From: Macrostomum lignano
Taxonomy: Eukaryota
DNA length: 64,000 nt
Assembly: GCA_002269645.1 (NCBI GenBank)
Contig: NIVC01000035.1
Span: 124,001-188,000, forward strand
Direction of reading: 5' to 3'
In this document: positions 61,480 to 64,000 of the stretch, in pieces
How positions within the stretch are numbered: the first letter of the stretch is position 1
Layout: the number at the start of each line of letters is the position of its first letter
The notes under the pieces: generated by a model
What the model was told of the DNA's origin: nothing
What the model saw: the letters and a program-made list of their open reading frames with translations, nothing else
The model's database searches: none
Program-made: the position numbers and the translations under genes

Positions 61480-62762
61480 TTCTCAAGTTTCTCAAGCCTT
61501 ACTGTGAAAGACTGCACCACCTGATTTATAATGCATCGCAGAATTACATTATAGCATTTGCAGAAATATTGCACACAGAAAGTACAAATATGCATTGTGA
61601 AATCGTACACTCCATGACTCCAATGCGCCTAGCCAGTTTCACTATTGTCCTGAGGGCAGAGATGCACCGCGCAGAGATACATTGCAAGAGTGTGCAGCTG
61701 CTTATTGGGCCCTACTACGCTCGTAGTGAAGACTTTTGGCAGTTTTTTTTCGTTAAAGAGTTCGAGAGGGGCTCGACAGCGCAGCGTTTGTGCGCTACAA
61801 AGCAAAGTACCGAAGCGCCCGGTGCTGGAACGCTAAAACGCGGAGGCCTGTTTTAATTTTTAGGCACTAAAAACTGTGTAAGAGATCTGTTCAAGTATTA
61901 ATTTTAAATTGCCGCAGTTTTGAAAATTACAAATTTGCCAGAATATTCATAATGCTGGGGAGCATTATCGCAACGGGAGCCGTACTAGCGATTGCTTGTC
62001 TATCCACCGCGGTAAACTGCCAGTCTCCGCTGGCAGAGGGAGTTCCTTCAACAAGCATTGAATTGGCGGAGACACCGTGAGTTCCCCGAGAACTGTTGAA
62101 GGCTTTGAGTGGCTGCATTGATGAAGACAAGAGAATTCATTCGTATAAAGCAAATACTTCTCTCACAGCTGAAGTGGATGAACTGCTCTGTAAGAGGTAG
62201 CGGTAGAACAGTCTCCAAAATGTTGTTCATTGACATACGAGCTAATCTGACAGTGAATCGTTGTAACAGTCGAAAAAAACCTTTGGGTCTCGATTTTCCC
62301 TAAAGCATATCGATGGGAGCAGAGCAGATCAGCGGCAAACGCGACTGACTCTCGCGCTATCGAGGCACAGAGACTGTACATTCCTGACGATTAGAGAAAC
62401 TTAAATGGGCCGCGGTACATCCTGGACGAGCGTGTGCATGAGTGCGTACGTGCGTACAGTATTGGCGCTCTTGTATGTACATTATACTCAGGAGTCAGCG
62501 GAACGGGCAGAATTGCCGTCAGCGTTGATTGTGGGACGATGTCGCCAAAAGTATTGCGTCAAGGTGTTCAAGATCTCACTACAATACTAGTTAGTATGAG
62601 CTTTGGTTATTTTCTAAAGCATACCAAAAGTCTTAAGGTTTTGAAGTCATCTTCAAGTGAAATTGTGCGTCTGTATCTGTTTGGTCCTCCAAAAACAAAC
62701 GCTTTTCTAAATCGTCATCGCAATTTACTAAATATTATTTTCTAACGCCGAAAACCGCTCAG

Positions 62763-62961
62763 GTCGTATCTGGTGCTGACGCCCAGAAAAATCCGGCCTG
62801 AATTAGAGCTCGGAGTAAGCGCCACCGTGTTCCGCATGCTGTACGACAGCATCACGTTCCGCGTATCGATTCGACGCATTCAGTATTCGATTCCGGACTA
62901 TGAGATCAACTACGCCGAAGAGACTTTTACACAGCCGGGGTCAAGGATTATCCGACTGAAG
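62763..62961 (+). CDS. Alpha-2-macroglobulin/CD109/TEP-like gene, MG1 exon
   Basis: SYLVLTPRKIRPELEL resembles the A2M-family N-terminus; acceptor GCTCAG, donor AAG|GTTAGA. First (signal-peptide) exon not located. Confidence 0.75.
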
Positions 62962-62981
62962 GTTAGACAATTTTCACTTGG

Positions 62982-63305
62982 CATAATAATAATAATAATA
63001 ATAGTATTAATTGACTGCACATGACCCAATTTGGCCAGGTGTGCAGCCGACAGTTCAGCCGCAGCTACTGCGCGGCGCAACTGAAAGCTGCGCACGGCTG
63101 TGCAGTCCAAGGACTGGGGGGGGGTCACCACACAACCTCAATTGCCCCAGCTAATGCTGGCACCCATTTTACAGCTGGGTGAACTGAAGCGATGCAGAGT
63201 TAAGTGTCTTGCTTAAGGACACAAATTGTTCCAGTGCAATCGGGAATCGATCCTCCGATCTTCAAGTCGTGAGTCCAATGCTCTAACCACTAGTCTACAA
63301 CCCCC
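62982..63305 (-). mobile_element. SINE copy 5 (TEP intron)
   Basis: Reverse-complement match to copy 1 with AAT tail. Confidence 0.87.
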
Positions 63306-63573
63306 TTGCTGCAGTTTTGTGGGTCAGTAAAATAAGCTTAGTGTCTTTTGAGGCTTATTTAAGCCAGTGGTTCGCCAGTCACCTAAAATATTCCTGATTT
63401 GCTTATACTTTTATCACCTAGACCTGCAGCGCCCACTAGTACAGCGGCACTGACTTTTTCGTTGTGAGCCACTCAGTGTTTTGGAAGAACCCTGAACAAG
63501 TATTGAATTTATATTGACGAAATACCCCAAATACGCTGCTTATACAGTAGTAGTGAATTCTGGAATTCATTAT

Positions 63574-63695
63574 GGGGCGTATTATAAAGCTGTCGTAGCG
63601 TAGGTTCAATCGTACGAGTACGTCAGAACTTTTCCACTGCGGAGATAGGAGCTAAGAACGATCTTATCTTACGATGGCTTTATAGAACTGGCCCT
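63574..63695. mobile_element. Degenerate small MITE
   Basis: Imperfect TIRs GGGGCGTATTATAAAGCTGTCGTAG versus the reverse complement of CTTACGATGGCTTTATAGAACTGGCCC. Confidence 0.4.
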
Positions 63696-63782
63696 ATAAG
63701 TGTAAATTAAATATGTATCGAAATACAGGTCAAAACATTTACATGTTTACTTGAAGTATAAACATTTGTGCCTGACCTGCAG

Positions 63783-64000
63783 GCTCCGGAGAACATTCCA
63801 GAAGGAAACTACAGCATTTTCGTTGAAGGCTCCGTGGAATCCTTAGGCGGTCTTCTCTTTCAAAACAGAACGGAACTTATTTTCGAGCCGAGGGTCTTTT
63901 CTGTCTATATTCAGTTTTCAAAGCCGCTGTACGCCATGGGAGATCTGATTAAGTTTCGAGTGATTCCGTACGAGTTCAACCTGATGGTAAAAAACCGGTT
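63783..64000 (+). CDS. A2M/CD109/TEP-like gene, MG1-MG2 exon (partial)
   Basis: FSVYIQFSKPLYAMGDLIKFRVI matches MG2 S+FIQTDKP+Y.PG+.V.FR+; acceptor ACCTGCAG; possible donor at 63986. Confidence 0.82.

Overview
Eukaryotic (metazoan) genomic DNA with spliceosomal introns. GC-rich exons with Ala/Gln/Gly runs, introns packed with simple repeats and tRNA-derived SINEs suggest a flatworm such as Macrostomum; the species is my inference. Three genes are supported. (1) A giant plus-strand phospholipase C-epsilon-like gene. Hand-spliced, it has 26 phase-compatible exons from 4256 to 51300 encoding about 4,060 aa in the order ankyrin repeats, unassigned helical region, RasGEF-N (REM), FERM central and C lobes, CDC25 RasGEF, PH, EF, PLC X/Y, C2, RA1, RA2. 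The model needs two 1-nt frameshifts and one GC-AG intron. (2) A complete minus-strand SLC45-family sugar transporter gene (5 exons, 581 aa). (3) The 5' part of a plus-strand alpha-2-macroglobulin/CD109/TEP-like gene that runs off the window. Non-coding features are about 30 different tandem-repeat arrays, five CORE-type SINE copies and several MITE/foldback elements, two with 8-bp hAT-type target-site duplications. The most notable points are the ANK+FERM-extended PLC-epsilon architecture and the inverted satellite arrays that bracket in-frame exons. All coordinates were read by hand and no database search was run.
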